Positions 28,836-38,764 of a stretch of DNA of 64,000 nt are shown one piece after another. Position 1 is the first letter of the stretch. Every line of letters begins with the position of its first letter. The position numbers were made by a program, and so were the translations under genes. The DNA is from an uncultured Candidatus Saccharibacteria bacterium (GTDB lineage: Bacteria; Patescibacteriota; Minisyncoccia; Phycocordibacterales; UBA9973), in NCBI GenBank assembly GCA_964532495.1, contig CAZHJZ010000005.1, forward strand, positions 920-64,919, in the 5' to 3' direction. Under the pieces are notes generated by a model, which had not been told where the DNA came from, ran no database searches, and was given only the letters and a program-made list of their open reading frames with translations.

Positions 28836-28866
28836 AAAAGCTCCCTTCGGGGAGCTTTTTTGTTTG
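28836..28866 (+). terminator. Rho-independent terminator (GCTCCC-TTCG-GGGAGC + T-run)
   Basis: Seen directly in the sequence. Confidence 0.7.
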
Positions 28867-28927
28867 CCCAAGTCCTTTAATTGACATACGTTTTTTAATG
28901 GCGTAAAGTAATCAAAACAATTTAAAA

Positions 28928-29569
28928 ATGAGCCAAAAAGCGAAAGACACCGACAAAGAAAATTTGATCCTTGATTGCGACGGATTAGTGCTGCACACCA
29001 CACCCTCACTGCGTGAATTTATGAATCACTTCTATAAAATAGAAAGCATGGAAGAAGATTACGTAACGCACCACACCCTTGATGCAATCATACAAAAATA
29101 TAGGAAGAATTTTAATTTAGAAAGAAATGTAATATACGGCCACATTGCCGACCATTACCATACTTCCCCGCGGTTCCATAAAAATGTCACTACCCTTCCC
29201 CACGCTAAAGAAGTAATTCTAGAGCTAAAGGAAATCTATAACCTTCATATTGCCACTGCTCGCACAGTAGCAGGAAAGAAGATTCTGGAAGGATTGTTTG
29301 ATAAGCATATTCCTAAATGCGTATCTTCGATTCACTTCGTTCACACGCATCATGGAAAAGGAAACATAACGGCAGTTTCAAAAAAAGAATTTATTGAACA
29401 ATTGCCTGGACCGAACGCAGGGTTTGTCGATGATTCGCCGCACGAAATTAAAGAGTTAGTAGGTGTTCTTCCTACGATCTTATTCGATCCAAAAAATAAG
29501 CACAGAAAAGTACCAGGCTCTACTGCTCGGCTAAAAACCTGGTTAGATATTGGAGATACATTCTTGTAA
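28928..29569 (+). CDS. HAD-like 5'(3')-deoxyribonucleotidase-family protein
   Basis: N-terminal 'LILDCDGLVL' (DxDG) motif; 213 aa. Confidence 0.45.
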   Translation: MSQKAKDTDKENLILDCDGLVLHTTPSLREFMNHFYKIESMEEDYVTHHTLDAIIQKYRKNFNLERNVIYGHIADHYHTSPRFHKNVTTLPHAKEVILELKEIYNLHIATARTVAGKKILEGLFDKHIPKCVSSIHFVHTHHGKGNITAVSKKEFIEQLPGPNAGFVDDSPHEIKELVGVLPTILFDPKNKHRKVPGSTARLKTWLDIGDTFL

Positions 29570-29685
29570 CGAAACGTTACGCTAGTAGGCCATCATATAT
29601 GATGGCCTACTTTTTTATTGTAGGAATAAAAAAAAATCTGCAGAATATATATCCTGCAGATTCGAATGTTTTACTAGTTTCTCTT

Positions 29686-30243
29686 TTATACTGTTCTTAA
29701 AGTATCATTGAATTTTTTCTTCCAAAAGGTCCCGCGGGTTTCTATTTCCACAGAACGCTGTTTGGCTACGAAAAAATTAAGATATTCGAGCCCGAAGGTA
29801 AGAATGTGAGTCGGGGTAAACAATGTATGCTTATACTTGTTCATCTTATTCACTTTATTACCAAAAGATGCGTAATCGCCGCCGGAAAAAGTTTCAAACC
29901 ACGCTTTACCAGTTGTATGGGTATGAGTATGGAATTCAATAAATCCTATATGCGTATTTTCGCGAAGTAGCTTATTAGCAGCAGCCAGAACACGAGGATC
30001 GTGATCTACACTTATACTTGTTCCAGTGTTAAGTTCAAGCATAGCTTCTACTACAAGCTGGTTGCCTGTGGCTTGGTAGAGCAGTATGCCCAATGTTTCT
30101 GGTTCTCTGTCACAAAGCGTAATAGAGCGGTCAAAAATATCGAATGGGCAAATGATTGTTAGTTCAGTCGGGTCAGAAGTAAGTTTATTATCAAGAAGAA
30201 GGTCCTTCCTTGAAAACTTTCTGGAAAAATCTCGTAGGTTCAT
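29686..30243 (-). CDS. JAB/MPN (JAMM-like) domain protein
   Basis: 'EFHTHTHTTGKAWFETFSGGD' matches HxH-x(10)-SxxD, with an upstream Glu in 'VVEAMLEL'. Confidence 0.4.
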   Translation of the reverse strand: MNLRDFSRKFSRKDLLLDNKLTSDPTELTIICPFDIFDRSITLCDREPETLGILLYQATGNQLVVEAMLELNTGTSISVDHDPRVLAAANKLLRENTHIGFIEFHTHTHTTGKAWFETFSGGDYASFGNKVNKMNKYKHTLFTPTHILTFGLEYLNFFVAKQRSVEIETRGTFWKKKFNDTLRTV

Positions 30244-30290
30244 TATTGTAAGTATTTTTTTGTTTAGGAAATTATTTTACTATTCGCAAT

Positions 30291-30581
30291 TTAAGGTTCG
30301 GAAACGATCTTGCTTGTATCAGTAATCACATTACGGATATTAATGATACGTTCCGAAGTAACGGTATTAGTAATTACTACAATAGTATTAATAATGCAGT
30401 TATCTGGTGATTTAATAGGCGGAAGTATAATTTCATGCGGGCGAACATATTCACTATTATAAATATATTCACGTGCAATCCGATCGGGAACTTCTTTCTT
30501 TTTGCTCAGCGTATCTGAAGTTTGAGCAAACAAGGTAGAGGCAGTAAAAATAAGTACGATAATAAAAAAGAGATTTTTCAT
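30291..30581 (-). CDS. Small secreted hypothetical protein
   Basis: N-terminal signal peptide 'MKNLFFIIVLIFTASTLFA'. Confidence 0.4.
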   Translation of the reverse strand: MKNLFFIIVLIFTASTLFAQTSDTLSKKKEVPDRIAREYIYNSEYVRPHEIILPPIKSPDNCIINTIVVITNTVTSERIINIRNVITDTSKIVSEP

Positions 30582-30761
30582 TGTATAGGGTTAAGTGTGA
30601 GATAAATAAGTTATTTGAAACTCCAGAAGAGCCTCAAATAACTTATTTATCTAACCAAAGCCCGTTTTGACAAGGTACGCGTATCAGATACATAATACCA
30701 TATTTAGGGTTAAAAGTCAATAGATTTAAGCCTTACTGCATAAGGCTATTTGTTCCCTCTA

Positions 30762-30797
30762 TACAAAACCGCCGCCCCGAAGGGGCGGCGGTTTTGT
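30762..30797. terminator. Bidirectional terminator (CCGCCGCCCC-GAAG-GGGCGGCGG flanked by A/T runs)
   Basis: Downstream of ftsH on the minus strand. Confidence 0.7.
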
Positions 30798-30805
30798 GTA
30801 TTTAA

Positions 30806-32737
30806 TTAAGCTATTTCAGGCTCTTCTTTCTTCTTGAGCTTGATCCCATGAGACTTAATAATATCTTCATATTCTTTCTGCTCAAGCGTTTCAACTTCGA
30901 TCAGCTTGTCAGCGATGTCGTCGAGAGCTTTGCGGTACTCGCTGATCACTTTGCGTGCGCTCGCGAATCCTGCCTGCATGATCTTCGAGACTTCACTGTC
31001 GATCTCAGAAGATTTTGACTGCGAGTATTCTTTGTCTTCCACTCCCCGTCCGAACATAGTGCGTCCGCCATCAGACTCGAGGGCAACAGGTCCGATCAGA
31101 TCGGACATTCCCCATCGAGTAACCATTGCGCGAGCAAGCGATGTCGCAACTTGGAGATCGTTCGATGGACCAGTTGTAATGTCACCGAAAATTGTTTCTT
31201 CAGCAACGTATCCTCCAAGCGACATTGCGATATCGTCCATGAATTCTTTCTTGGACTGGAGCTTGCGATCTTCAAGCGGGAGCTTGAGCGTATATCCTCC
31301 TGCTCGTCCGCGGGCGACGATGGAAACTTTGTGAACTGGATCTGCGTAAGGGAGAACTGAGGCGACGAGTGCATGTCCTGCTTCGTGGTACGCAGTGATC
31401 TTCTTTTCCTGAGGACTCATGAGGTGGCTCTTGCGTTCCGGACCCATCATGACTTTTTCGATTGAGCGGACGAGATCAAACTGTCCGATAGTCTTTCGTT
31501 CTTCGCGTGCTGCGAGAATAGCGCCTTCGTTCATGATCGAGTAGAGGTCTGCGCCGGAGAATCCCGGAGTTCGTTCTGCGATGATCGTGAGGTTTACATC
31601 TTCGGCGAGCGGCTTCTTGCGAGCGTGAATCTTGAGAATTTCTTCGCGGTCAGCACGGTCTGGAAGGTCGAGCACGACTCGGCGGTCGAAACGTCCCGGA
31701 CGGAGCAATGCTGGATCTAGGACATCGTTTCGGTTTGTCGCAGCCATGACAATCACTTTTTCATTTGGCTCGAAGCCATCCATTTCAACGAGAATCTGGT
31801 TGAGCGTCTGTTCGCGCTCGTCGTTTCCTCCGCCAACGCCGCTTCCGCGAACGCGGCCGACAGCATCGATTTCATCGATGAAGATAATTGCAGGAGAAGC
31901 TTTCTTTGCCATGTCGAAGAGGTCACGCACGCGAGACGCTCCAACACCGACAAACATTTCTACGAATTCAGAACCTGAGAGGTGGAAGAACGGTACGCCT
32001 GCCTCCCCCGCTACTGCGCGAGCGAGCAACGTCTTACCTGTTCCCGGTGCACCGGTGAGCAGCACTCCTTTTGGAATGCGAGCACCAATATCCAAAAACT
32101 TTTTGGGATTCTTCAGGAAGTCCACGATTTCCGACAGTTCCTGTTTTGCTTCTTTCGCGCCTGCGATGTCTTTGAAAGTAACGCGGTTGTTCTTGTCGTT
32201 CGGGTCAGTGATCTTTGCTTTTGACTGGCCGAATGAAAATGCCTGCACGCCAGCACCCTTCATTTGTCGGAAGAGCATCCATACAAGAACACCGACAAGA
32301 ATGACTGGGAGCAATATTGGGAGCAAATTTAATAGCCAGTAGAGAAATCCTGACTCGTTTTTGATGATGATGTTTGTTCCGGCAATCTTAGCGGAATCGA
32401 TGCCATAGTTCTTGAGAGATTCGGAAAGGCTGGCTTCAGTTTCTTTTTTTGCTTCAGCAAGGCTGCCATCATTCATAGTGATAGCGAGCGTGTCTCCTGA
32501 AACGGTGATCTCTTTGACTTCACCTGCGCCAATCTGCGCAGCAAGCTGAGAAATAGAAATGTTTGCAACTGGCTTTTTAACCTGAGCGAAGCCTGAATAT
32601 GCGGCCACAAGAAGCATCAGGATGAAGATGGTCCAGAGGAAATGCTTTGAAAAATGAGGCTTTTTCGGCGTAGGCAATTTGGCCTTTTCTTTGAGTTTTT
32701 CGAAGGGTTTTTTAGTATCCATATGGCGATTATACAC
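30806..32737 (-). CDS. ftsH: ATP-dependent zinc metalloprotease FtsH
   Basis: N-terminal TMs, AAA Walker A 'GAPGTGKT', second region of homology, zinc motif 'HEAGHA'. Confidence 0.9.
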   Translation of the reverse strand: MYNRHMDTKKPFEKLKEKAKLPTPKKPHFSKHFLWTIFILMLLVAAYSGFAQVKKPVANISISQLAAQIGAGEVKEITVSGDTLAITMNDGSLAEAKKETEASLSESLKNYGIDSAKIAGTNIIIKNESGFLYWLLNLLPILLPVILVGVLVWMLFRQMKGAGVQAFSFGQSKAKITDPNDKNNRVTFKDIAGAKEAKQELSEIVDFLKNPKKFLDIGARIPKGVLLTGAPGTGKTLLARAVAGEAGVPFFHLSGSEFVEMFVGVGASRVRDLFDMAKKASPAIIFIDEIDAVGRVRGSGVGGGNDEREQTLNQILVEMDGFEPNEKVIVMAATNRNDVLDPALLRPGRFDRRVVLDLPDRADREEILKIHARKKPLAEDVNLTIIAERTPGFSGADLYSIMNEGAILAAREERKTIGQFDLVRSIEKVMMGPERKSHLMSPQEKKITAYHEAGHALVASVLPYADPVHKVSIVARGRAGGYTLKLPLEDRKLQSKKEFMDDIAMSLGGYVAEETIFGDITTGPSNDLQVATSLARAMVTRWGMSDLIGPVALESDGGRTMFGRGVEDKEYSQSKSSEIDSEVSKIMQAGFASARKVISEYRKALDDIADKLIEVETLEQKEYEDIIKSHGIKLKKKEEPEIA

Positions 32738-32789
32738 GAATATTAAGGAAAAATCCCGCGGGATTTTTCCGTACTGACCCCTTCCCGCT

Positions 32790-34130
32790 CTATGCTAACG
32801 TTAGAAACATAATCCCTATAGTAAGAATTGTAAGCAGCGTGATCAAGACGGTGATTATTGTCTGTAGCAACCTCGGCAGCTTACTGAGAACCGCAGTGAC
32901 GATAGTCACAAACACGATAAAGAGAACAAATATTAACAAGAACAATACCGCTGGATGGAAGATGACCGCCCAGGTTTTTACTGACTGCGGAATGCCGATA
33001 TCCATCGTTACGTCATATGCGTAGTTTTTGACACTATCAAAGAAATGCACAACGCTGATACCAACATGCGTATATGGATTTCGAAAATCTCCGCCTTGAG
33101 GGTCTTTGTAGTATGAAATAGTTTTATTGAATGCCATCTGTCCCATATGGTCTCCCCCGTGAGTCGGACCGTATGCGGAGAAGTCAGGCGCAAAACCAGC
33201 AATCACAACCGGCTTAAGCACCATAACATCTACTCCATGCATCATTTCACTGTCTTGATAGTTTACGCCGAGAGGAAAGAATAATCGCTCGCTGGGAAAT
33301 GTTACATGGATATACCGCTTTTGATTTTCAGAGAGAGCAGTCGATGGTGTCTGGGTTATGGCAAAATTATATCCTTCAGAAACATAGCGCGAAAGAACAG
33401 TATTGTTAGTCGGACTTTTTGGAAGTCCGTTGCGCTCAAGATAGTCCGCAAGACCTATGCCGTTTTGTGCTTCGATTACTTGAAGCGTTGTGCCATTTTT
33501 TGTTACTTCTTGATGAACAATAGTTACTTGATCATTTTCATTTGGAATGAGGGGCGCTCCATAACCGCCCAGTGAACCGCCTCCGACACCTAAGGTTGTC
33601 ATTTCAAGCACGCTAAAGCCGACAATAATAATGACAGGAATCAGAGCTATGGAAACTCTCAGCAAAGCTTTCTTTGTTCCCGGCTGACCCGTGCCGTCGT
33701 TTCGTTTAATAAAAAGAACAATGTAGAGAACGAGTAACAAGAGAACGAGGATTGCAAACGGGATGATAATCCAATCTTTCAAACTGGAGAGCACTACTCG
33801 TACTCCTGCTTGGTAAGACACTTTATCGGCGAGACTCGGATTGGGTACTTGCGAACCTTCAATTTCATTGATAGTAATTGCGGTCGACTGTGCCGGTACT
33901 GGCATGACAGTAATAATAGAACCGTCGTTCATGTCAGCTGGCTTCTTGATATTGAACCACACATCTTGCGTGCCGTTATTTAAGTCAATAATGACTGAGT
34001 GATCCATATCGCTGCTTTGATTGAGAAATGCGGCGTCAGGATGCGCCAAGAAAACCATGGATCCGCACGCCAGCACGCCAAGAGGCATGAGGAAAAATGC
34101 TAGTACAATAGATACTTTTTTCATATGCAT
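32790..34130 (-). CDS. Hypothetical exported/membrane protein
   Basis: Signal peptide, a large extracytoplasmic region, then multiple C-terminal TM helices. Confidence 0.4.
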   Translation of the reverse strand: MHMKKVSIVLAFFLMPLGVLACGSMVFLAHPDAAFLNQSSDMDHSVIIDLNNGTQDVWFNIKKPADMNDGSIITVMPVPAQSTAITINEIEGSQVPNPSLADKVSYQAGVRVVLSSLKDWIIIPFAILVLLLLVLYIVLFIKRNDGTGQPGTKKALLRVSIALIPVIIIVGFSVLEMTTLGVGGGSLGGYGAPLIPNENDQVTIVHQEVTKNGTTLQVIEAQNGIGLADYLERNGLPKSPTNNTVLSRYVSEGYNFAITQTPSTALSENQKRYIHVTFPSERLFFPLGVNYQDSEMMHGVDVMVLKPVVIAGFAPDFSAYGPTHGGDHMGQMAFNKTISYYKDPQGGDFRNPYTHVGISVVHFFDSVKNYAYDVTMDIGIPQSVKTWAVIFHPAVLFLLIFVLFIVFVTIVTAVLSKLPRLLQTIITVLITLLTILTIGIMFLTLA

Positions 34131-34745
34131 ATAATAGTATCACTAAATGTTTTTATTGCCTGTGCAAAATGGTACGATGTACCCATGAAAACTATCTTCT
34201 TCGATTTCTTCAACGTACTCTCCACCCCGGCGTATACGCCCGTTGTGCAAAAATATATTCCTGAGAATGAACAGCCGGAATGGGAACGAAAAATCCAGCT
34301 AGTCGATCTTGGAGAAATGCATGAGGATGACTTTATCCGCCAGCTCGCCAAACGCGGCTCGGTCGCCGACTTTAAAATCTGGGAAGAAATCGATCGGGAC
34401 GTAGAACTGAATGAACAGCTGATCGAATATATTAAGAACGATCTCAAGCCTACTTACAAGATCGGACTGCTCACCAATGCTGCACGAAGCTTGATTGAAC
34501 GGCTCTTCGGCGATCGTTTAGAATTATTTGATACTATCATCATCTCTTCGGACTACGGGATCATCAAGCCTGACCCAAGAATTTATGAAGCAGCGATCGC
34601 GCAAGCAAAAGTCTCCGCAGGTGAAACAATGTTTGTTGATGACAATCCTCTCAATATCGAAGGAGCGCAGAAGGCGGGCATGAAAGGAATTGTGTTCGAG
34701 AATGTCGGACAAATGAAAGCTGAATTGCAAAAACACCTCTCATAA
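34125..34745 (+). CDS. HAD-superfamily hydrolase (paralogue of 7048-7674)
   Basis: 'KTIFFDFFNVL', 'FVDDNPLNIEGAQKAGMKGIVF'. Confidence 0.6.
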   Translation: MHIIVSLNVFIACAKWYDVPMKTIFFDFFNVLSTPAYTPVVQKYIPENEQPEWERKIQLVDLGEMHEDDFIRQLAKRGSVADFKIWEEIDRDVELNEQLIEYIKNDLKPTYKIGLLTNAARSLIERLFGDRLELFDTIIISSDYGIIKPDPRIYEAAIAQAKVSAGETMFVDDNPLNIEGAQKAGMKGIVFENVGQMKAELQKHLS

Positions 34746-34767
34746 CTGAGAGGTGTTTTTGATTTTG

Positions 34768-35158
34768 TGGAACTGGGCGGAATTGAACCGCCGTGCAAAA
34801 AGGAATACCGCATACATCTACGTGCGTAGATTATTTCTGGGGGTTTAAGCGGCAGTGCTGGGAAACAAACAAAATACACTGCTGCCGATTCTCGATTTGT
34901 TTAGGATTGTACGCGAGACAACGCACCCTCCGGTCCTTCGAATGTATAATGCCTTACCTCAGGCTCAAAAGCATACCTGAGAAGACACCAGCTGTCGCGG
35001 TTAAGCGAGGGCTGGAGCGAAGCCAAACGCCGAAGCGTAAGGAGACTTCACTGTACCAGATGCGGTTGCATTTGGAGGTTACGCGAACATCACGAGATTC
35101 CGCGCATACTCGGCACGCATATACGATAGACGACTCTTTGTCGATGCCTGGCAGTCCC
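34768..35158 (-). ncRNA. ssrA: tmRNA (ssrA), ~391 nt, CCA not encoded
   Basis: 5' GGGACUG pairs with 3' CAGUUCC, giving a G3:U70 pair. tRNA-like T arm GGCGG-UUCAAUU-CCGCC at the 3' end. 5' region GGGACUGCCAGGCAUCGAC resembles the tmRNA consensus. A tag ORF starts ~nt 90 (GCA ACC ... GCC CUC GCU UAA) and ends ...FAPALA*. smpB lies immediately upstream. Confidence 0.65.
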
Positions 35159-35266
35159 AAATCGCTATTTAAATAACAACGAATTGTGCATCTCTGCACA
35201 CAGGGACGAATAAAAAGATTGCTCTCGTTATTCTTCCCCTGCATACAGACATGTGGCGTCGCGATG

Positions 35267-35710
35267 TTATCTTTTCTCTTTATATACGCGATTCATTTCT
35301 CTTCCTGTTTCGCGTTCTTTGATCACTTCGCGCTTGTCGAATTTCTTTTTGCCTTTTACTACTGCTATCTTGATCTTGATCTTGCGGCCCTTATTATATA
35401 ACGACAGCGGCACGATAGCCAAGCCTTTCTCTATCTCGGAAAGCTGCTTGATTTCTCCTTTTTTAAGCAGCAAAACTCGAGTTCGCATCGGGTCATAGAG
35501 GCTGCCGGCGTTCGCAGGCTGAAATGCAGGAAGATCCATGCCCATGAGAAAAGCCTCCCCGCCTCGGATGATAACATGGGCGCTTTCAATGCGGCCCTTG
35601 TTCTGGCGAAGGGATTTTACTTCCGTTCCAAGCAACTCGATCCCCGCTTCATATTCGTCGAGGACTTCATAGTTGAATCGTGCTTTGGTGTTTTCTACAT
35701 AGTTTGCCAC
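35267..35710 (-). CDS. smpB: SsrA-binding protein SmpB
   Basis: 'KARFNYEVLDEYEAGIELLGTEVKSLR' is typical of SmpB. Confidence 0.85.
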   Translation of the reverse strand: MANYVENTKARFNYEVLDEYEAGIELLGTEVKSLRQNKGRIESAHVIIRGGEAFLMGMDLPAFQPANAGSLYDPMRTRVLLLKKGEIKQLSEIEKGLAIVPLSLYNKGRKIKIKIAVVKGKKKFDKREVIKERETGREMNRVYKEKR

Positions 35711-35776
35711 GGAACCTACTATATCATATTTCCTTTTTACATTTCCTTTATTTCTCTTTTAGATTACAATCGATCC

Positions 35777-37108
35777 ATGCAACCAAAACTAACAGTAGCT
35801 GGCTACCGCGGAGTCTGGGGCGAGAGCCTGACCGCGAAGATTGCCCAAGATTTTGCCAATGCTTTCGCACACTTCATGCATGTACGAAAAGGAAAACGCA
35901 TCCTCATCGGCCGTGATGCACGTCCTTCCGGCGGAGAACTGGTAGAAACCGTCTCAAAAGCACTTTCTCAAGCCGGATTTGAAGTAACCATCGGCGGACT
36001 ACTGCCGACTCCAACAGTCCTCTTCCTTGTCCGTGAAATGAAATTCGACGGAGCAATCATTGTTACCGCTTCTCACAATCCACCAGAATATAACGGGCTA
36101 AAGTTCGTTACAGCTCTAGGCATGTTCACCGATGAAACTGAAGTTGCGGAAATGAAACAGCTTCTTGGCGGCGAAACACTATCCATAGATGGAGGAAAGA
36201 TTCTGACTGACGAAACCTTAGGAGAAAAACATGTGGCGCATATTTTAGAAAAAATTGATGGAGATTTGATTGCTTCCAAAAAATTCAAAGTCGTTCTTGA
36301 TCCAATCAACAGCGCCGGCGCAATCCTCGGACCAAAACTTTTACAGGAACTTGGATGTGAAGTCGTGGTTATCAACGGCGAACCGAACGGCGAATTCGCA
36401 CATATGCCCGAACCGCTTCCAGAAAATCTGAAGCAGCTTGGCGAGACAGTTCGAGCTGAAGATGCAGCTATTGGATTTGCCCAGGATCCAGACGCAGACC
36501 GCCTTGTTGTGTGCAATGAAAAAGGAGAAGTAATATTTGAAGAATATACGCTTTCGCTTGCCATCAAATCAGTTCTCGTAAAAACTCCTGGTGACATTGT
36601 CATCAATATGTCGACGTCAAGCACCAACGAAGCATTAGCAAAAGAATACGGCGGCGAAACATTCCGAACCAAAGTCGGCGAAGCAAACGTTGTCGGCGGA
36701 ATCATAAAAAACAATGCGGTTATCGGAGGCGAAGGTGGTGGCGGAGTTATCTACCCTGCTATCAATACCTGCCGCGACTCCCTTACTGGTATGGCACTTA
36801 TCCTTGAGCTCCTTGCTCGTGAAGAAAAACCGCTTTCAGAAATTGTGGCTTCATTGCCTCACTTTGAAATGAGGAAAAACAAATTCAAATATGACGGAGA
36901 TATTACAGAACTCTATGAAAGAATGGAAGCTGAGTTCCCTGACGCACTGCCTAACTTTCTCGACGGACTCCGCCTCGACTTCATGGATGGAGCATGGATT
37001 CATTTGAGAGCATCCAACACTGAACCGATCGTAAGATTGTACGGCGAGGCGAATACTAGTGAGAAGATTGAGAATTTGATAGAACGAACAAAGGTCCTGA
37101 TTGGATAA
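35777..37108 (+). CDS. glmM: Phosphoglucosamine mutase / phosphomannomutase family (start trimmed to Met at 35777 to avoid overlap with smpB)
   Basis: Active-site Ser loop 'TASHNPPEYNGLKF', Mg site 'DPDADRL', sugar-binding loop. Confidence 0.75.
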   Translation: MQPKLTVAGYRGVWGESLTAKIAQDFANAFAHFMHVRKGKRILIGRDARPSGGELVETVSKALSQAGFEVTIGGLLPTPTVLFLVREMKFDGAIIVTASHNPPEYNGLKFVTALGMFTDETEVAEMKQLLGGETLSIDGGKILTDETLGEKHVAHILEKIDGDLIASKKFKVVLDPINSAGAILGPKLLQELGCEVVVINGEPNGEFAHMPEPLPENLKQLGETVRAEDAAIGFAQDPDADRLVVCNEKGEVIFEEYTLSLAIKSVLVKTPGDIVINMSTSSTNEALAKEYGGETFRTKVGEANVVGGIIKNNAVIGGEGGGGVIYPAINTCRDSLTGMALILELLAREEKPLSEIVASLPHFEMRKNKFKYDGDITELYERMEAEFPDALPNFLDGLRLDFMDGAWIHLRASNTEPIVRLYGEANTSEKIENLIERTKVLIG

Positions 37109-37160
37109 AAAAATATGCCAGCTCATAATAAGCTGGCACATGATAACTCTATTTTACCTA

Positions 37161-37676
37161 TTATTCCTGACTTTTAGTCTTTAGTTTCGCAACTGTAAAG
37201 GTTTCCACATGCGGTGAAGCATTTTGCAGTTCAGCACTGCATACGAAATTTTGACGGTAATGACCCATTACATCTTTGTTCAAAGAAATTTTTACTTGAA
37301 CCGCGCAACAGATACCGAAGTTATAAGAATGGCCAAAGAAAAGAAGCATGGGTTCTTGTTTATTGAACAGTTTTACCGCAACTTCATTTTGCGGGAAATC
37401 AATTGCAGGATTACAAAAGCAAACAGCTCCTCCACCAAATACGTGTATTTTAATTCTTGAATCAATTAAACCTTCTTGCTCAAGAAAATCTAAAATTATT
37501 TTGCTATGAAGAAAATCTATTTCCCCAGGACCCATAATCATAAAAGTTTCTTGTCCTCGTACGTATTTTATATTCTCATTCCTGTCAGATAGGGAGATAA
37601 CAACAAATTTATTAATCCCTGATAGTCCAAATTTATCAAGATCTTTGGATGAAAAGATTCCGGTTACTTTTTTCAT
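37161..37676 (-). CDS. Possible metallophosphoesterase (YfcE-like)
   Basis: Weak 'ISLSD', 'HVFGGG' and 'FFGHSYNFG' resembling calcineurin-like motifs. Confidence 0.3.
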   Translation of the reverse strand: MKKVTGIFSSKDLDKFGLSGINKFVVISLSDRNENIKYVRGQETFMIMGPGEIDFLHSKIILDFLEQEGLIDSRIKIHVFGGGAVCFCNPAIDFPQNEVAVKLFNKQEPMLLFFGHSYNFGICCAVQVKISLNKDVMGHYRQNFVCSAELQNASPHVETFTVAKLKTKSQE

Positions 37677-37741
37677 TATTTTAATTTTAAGTGCTATTCC
37701 CTTGTTTCAGAAATAGTAAATATTAGGCAATTAAAATTACA

Positions 37742-38494
37742 TTAAAACAAAGAGAGTGTTTTGTCAAATTCATCAATCTGTGTTCGTTTAATATGGAATG
37801 TTACTGTCGGGATAGTGAATTTTTTACCAATATCGCTAACCAGCTGCCGAATATAAAATCCTGCCGAAACATCCACACGCCATTTACTGACCTGGAATCC
37901 TATTCCTGTATTGTCTGCGAGAATCTCCTTCCATTTCCCCTTAATCTCTTCCTGCCTAAAATCCCCATGCACCAAATCAACTCTTTCTAAAATAATTTTC
38001 AAAAGTTCTTCACCTGAGATCGTTCGTTTACCCAGAAACTCAAAATCATGGAGTGTGACCTCATGTTCTACCGTTGGAGTATTCCCCTGTCGTGCTTGCG
38101 CATGAAGTTGTTTGCCTTCGAATGTTTTTGAAGAGTACGCCGGATACTGCTGGGTAATAGTTTTTTTATTTTCTGTTAAATATTTCTTCACATTTTCTAT
38201 ATCAAGCTGTGCTGAGAAATCTGAATCTGTCACTATGCCGAGCAGATCATAGGTGTCAGTACTAAAACCACTAAGAATTTCAAACTCATAGGTTTTACCA
38301 AGCTTATTGTATTGATCCTTGGTCTTACAGGCTTCGCCAACCAAAATAATCATCATTCCTTCTGCCAAAGGATCAAGCCGTCCAGCATATGTCATAGGCA
38401 CCCCAGCACCGATCGAATATTCGATCCGAGTACGTTCAAGAGCTTCAAGCGGCGTTTCCCCGATGTTTTTATAGGTAATAAGTTGGTCTTTCAT
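37742..38494 (-). CDS. tRNA pseudouridine synthase (TruB-like)
   Basis: 'YAGRLDPLAEGMMIILVGEACK' and 'KTYEFEILSG' resemble TruB motifs. Confidence 0.55.
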   Translation of the reverse strand: MKDQLITYKNIGETPLEALERTRIEYSIGAGVPMTYAGRLDPLAEGMMIILVGEACKTKDQYNKLGKTYEFEILSGFSTDTYDLLGIVTDSDFSAQLDIENVKKYLTENKKTITQQYPAYSSKTFEGKQLHAQARQGNTPTVEHEVTLHDFEFLGKRTISGEELLKIILERVDLVHGDFRQEEIKGKWKEILADNTGIGFQVSKWRVDVSAGFYIRQLVSDIGKKFTIPTVTFHIKRTQIDEFDKTLSLF

Positions 38495-38529
38495 GTTCCT
38501 TTACTATACCACTAGACATTAATTACCAA

Positions 38530-38644
38530 AGCCGGGAAACCTCAGCCCTTTCTCGAACCGAGGATCGGCGGCAAAAAGCATGACGTTTGTAGGTAGGCTC
38601 CTTGTGACGCCTCCGCAGGGAGAGAAAGGGCTGAGGTTTCCCGG
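38530..38644 (+). promoter_or_regulatory. Perfect 24-bp inverted repeat (GCCGGGAAACCTCAGCCCTTTCTC) with a 67-nt loop in the infC upstream region; candidate L20-leader-like autoregulatory structure
   Basis: The arm at 38530-38553 is exactly the reverse complement of the arm at 38621-38644. Confidence 0.35.
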
Positions 38645-38764
38645 CCTAGCTTGAATAGGAAGAAAACTGGACAAAACCCTTGCTTTAGGCTATTATAGGC
38701 GCACGATATGTCCTCCTAATATAGGGTATTACTCTCTAGGCCGAGGTGCTTATCTTTATTTAAA

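Noticed and set aside
31632-32342. 236-aa ORF antisense to ftsH
   Set aside because: It is on the opposite strand of a strongly supported FtsH gene, and the translation is low-complexity Ser/Arg/Pro-rich.
34793-35244. ORFs 34793-35176(+) and 34954-35244(-)
   Set aside because: They lie entirely within the tmRNA identified by acceptor, T-arm and tag-ORF features next to smpB, so they are spurious translations of a structured RNA.
35576-35776. N-terminal 67 codons of ORF 35576-37108
   Set aside because: They overlap smpB on the opposite strand. The mutase homology begins at the internal Met (MQPKLTVAGYRG), so the start was moved to 35777.
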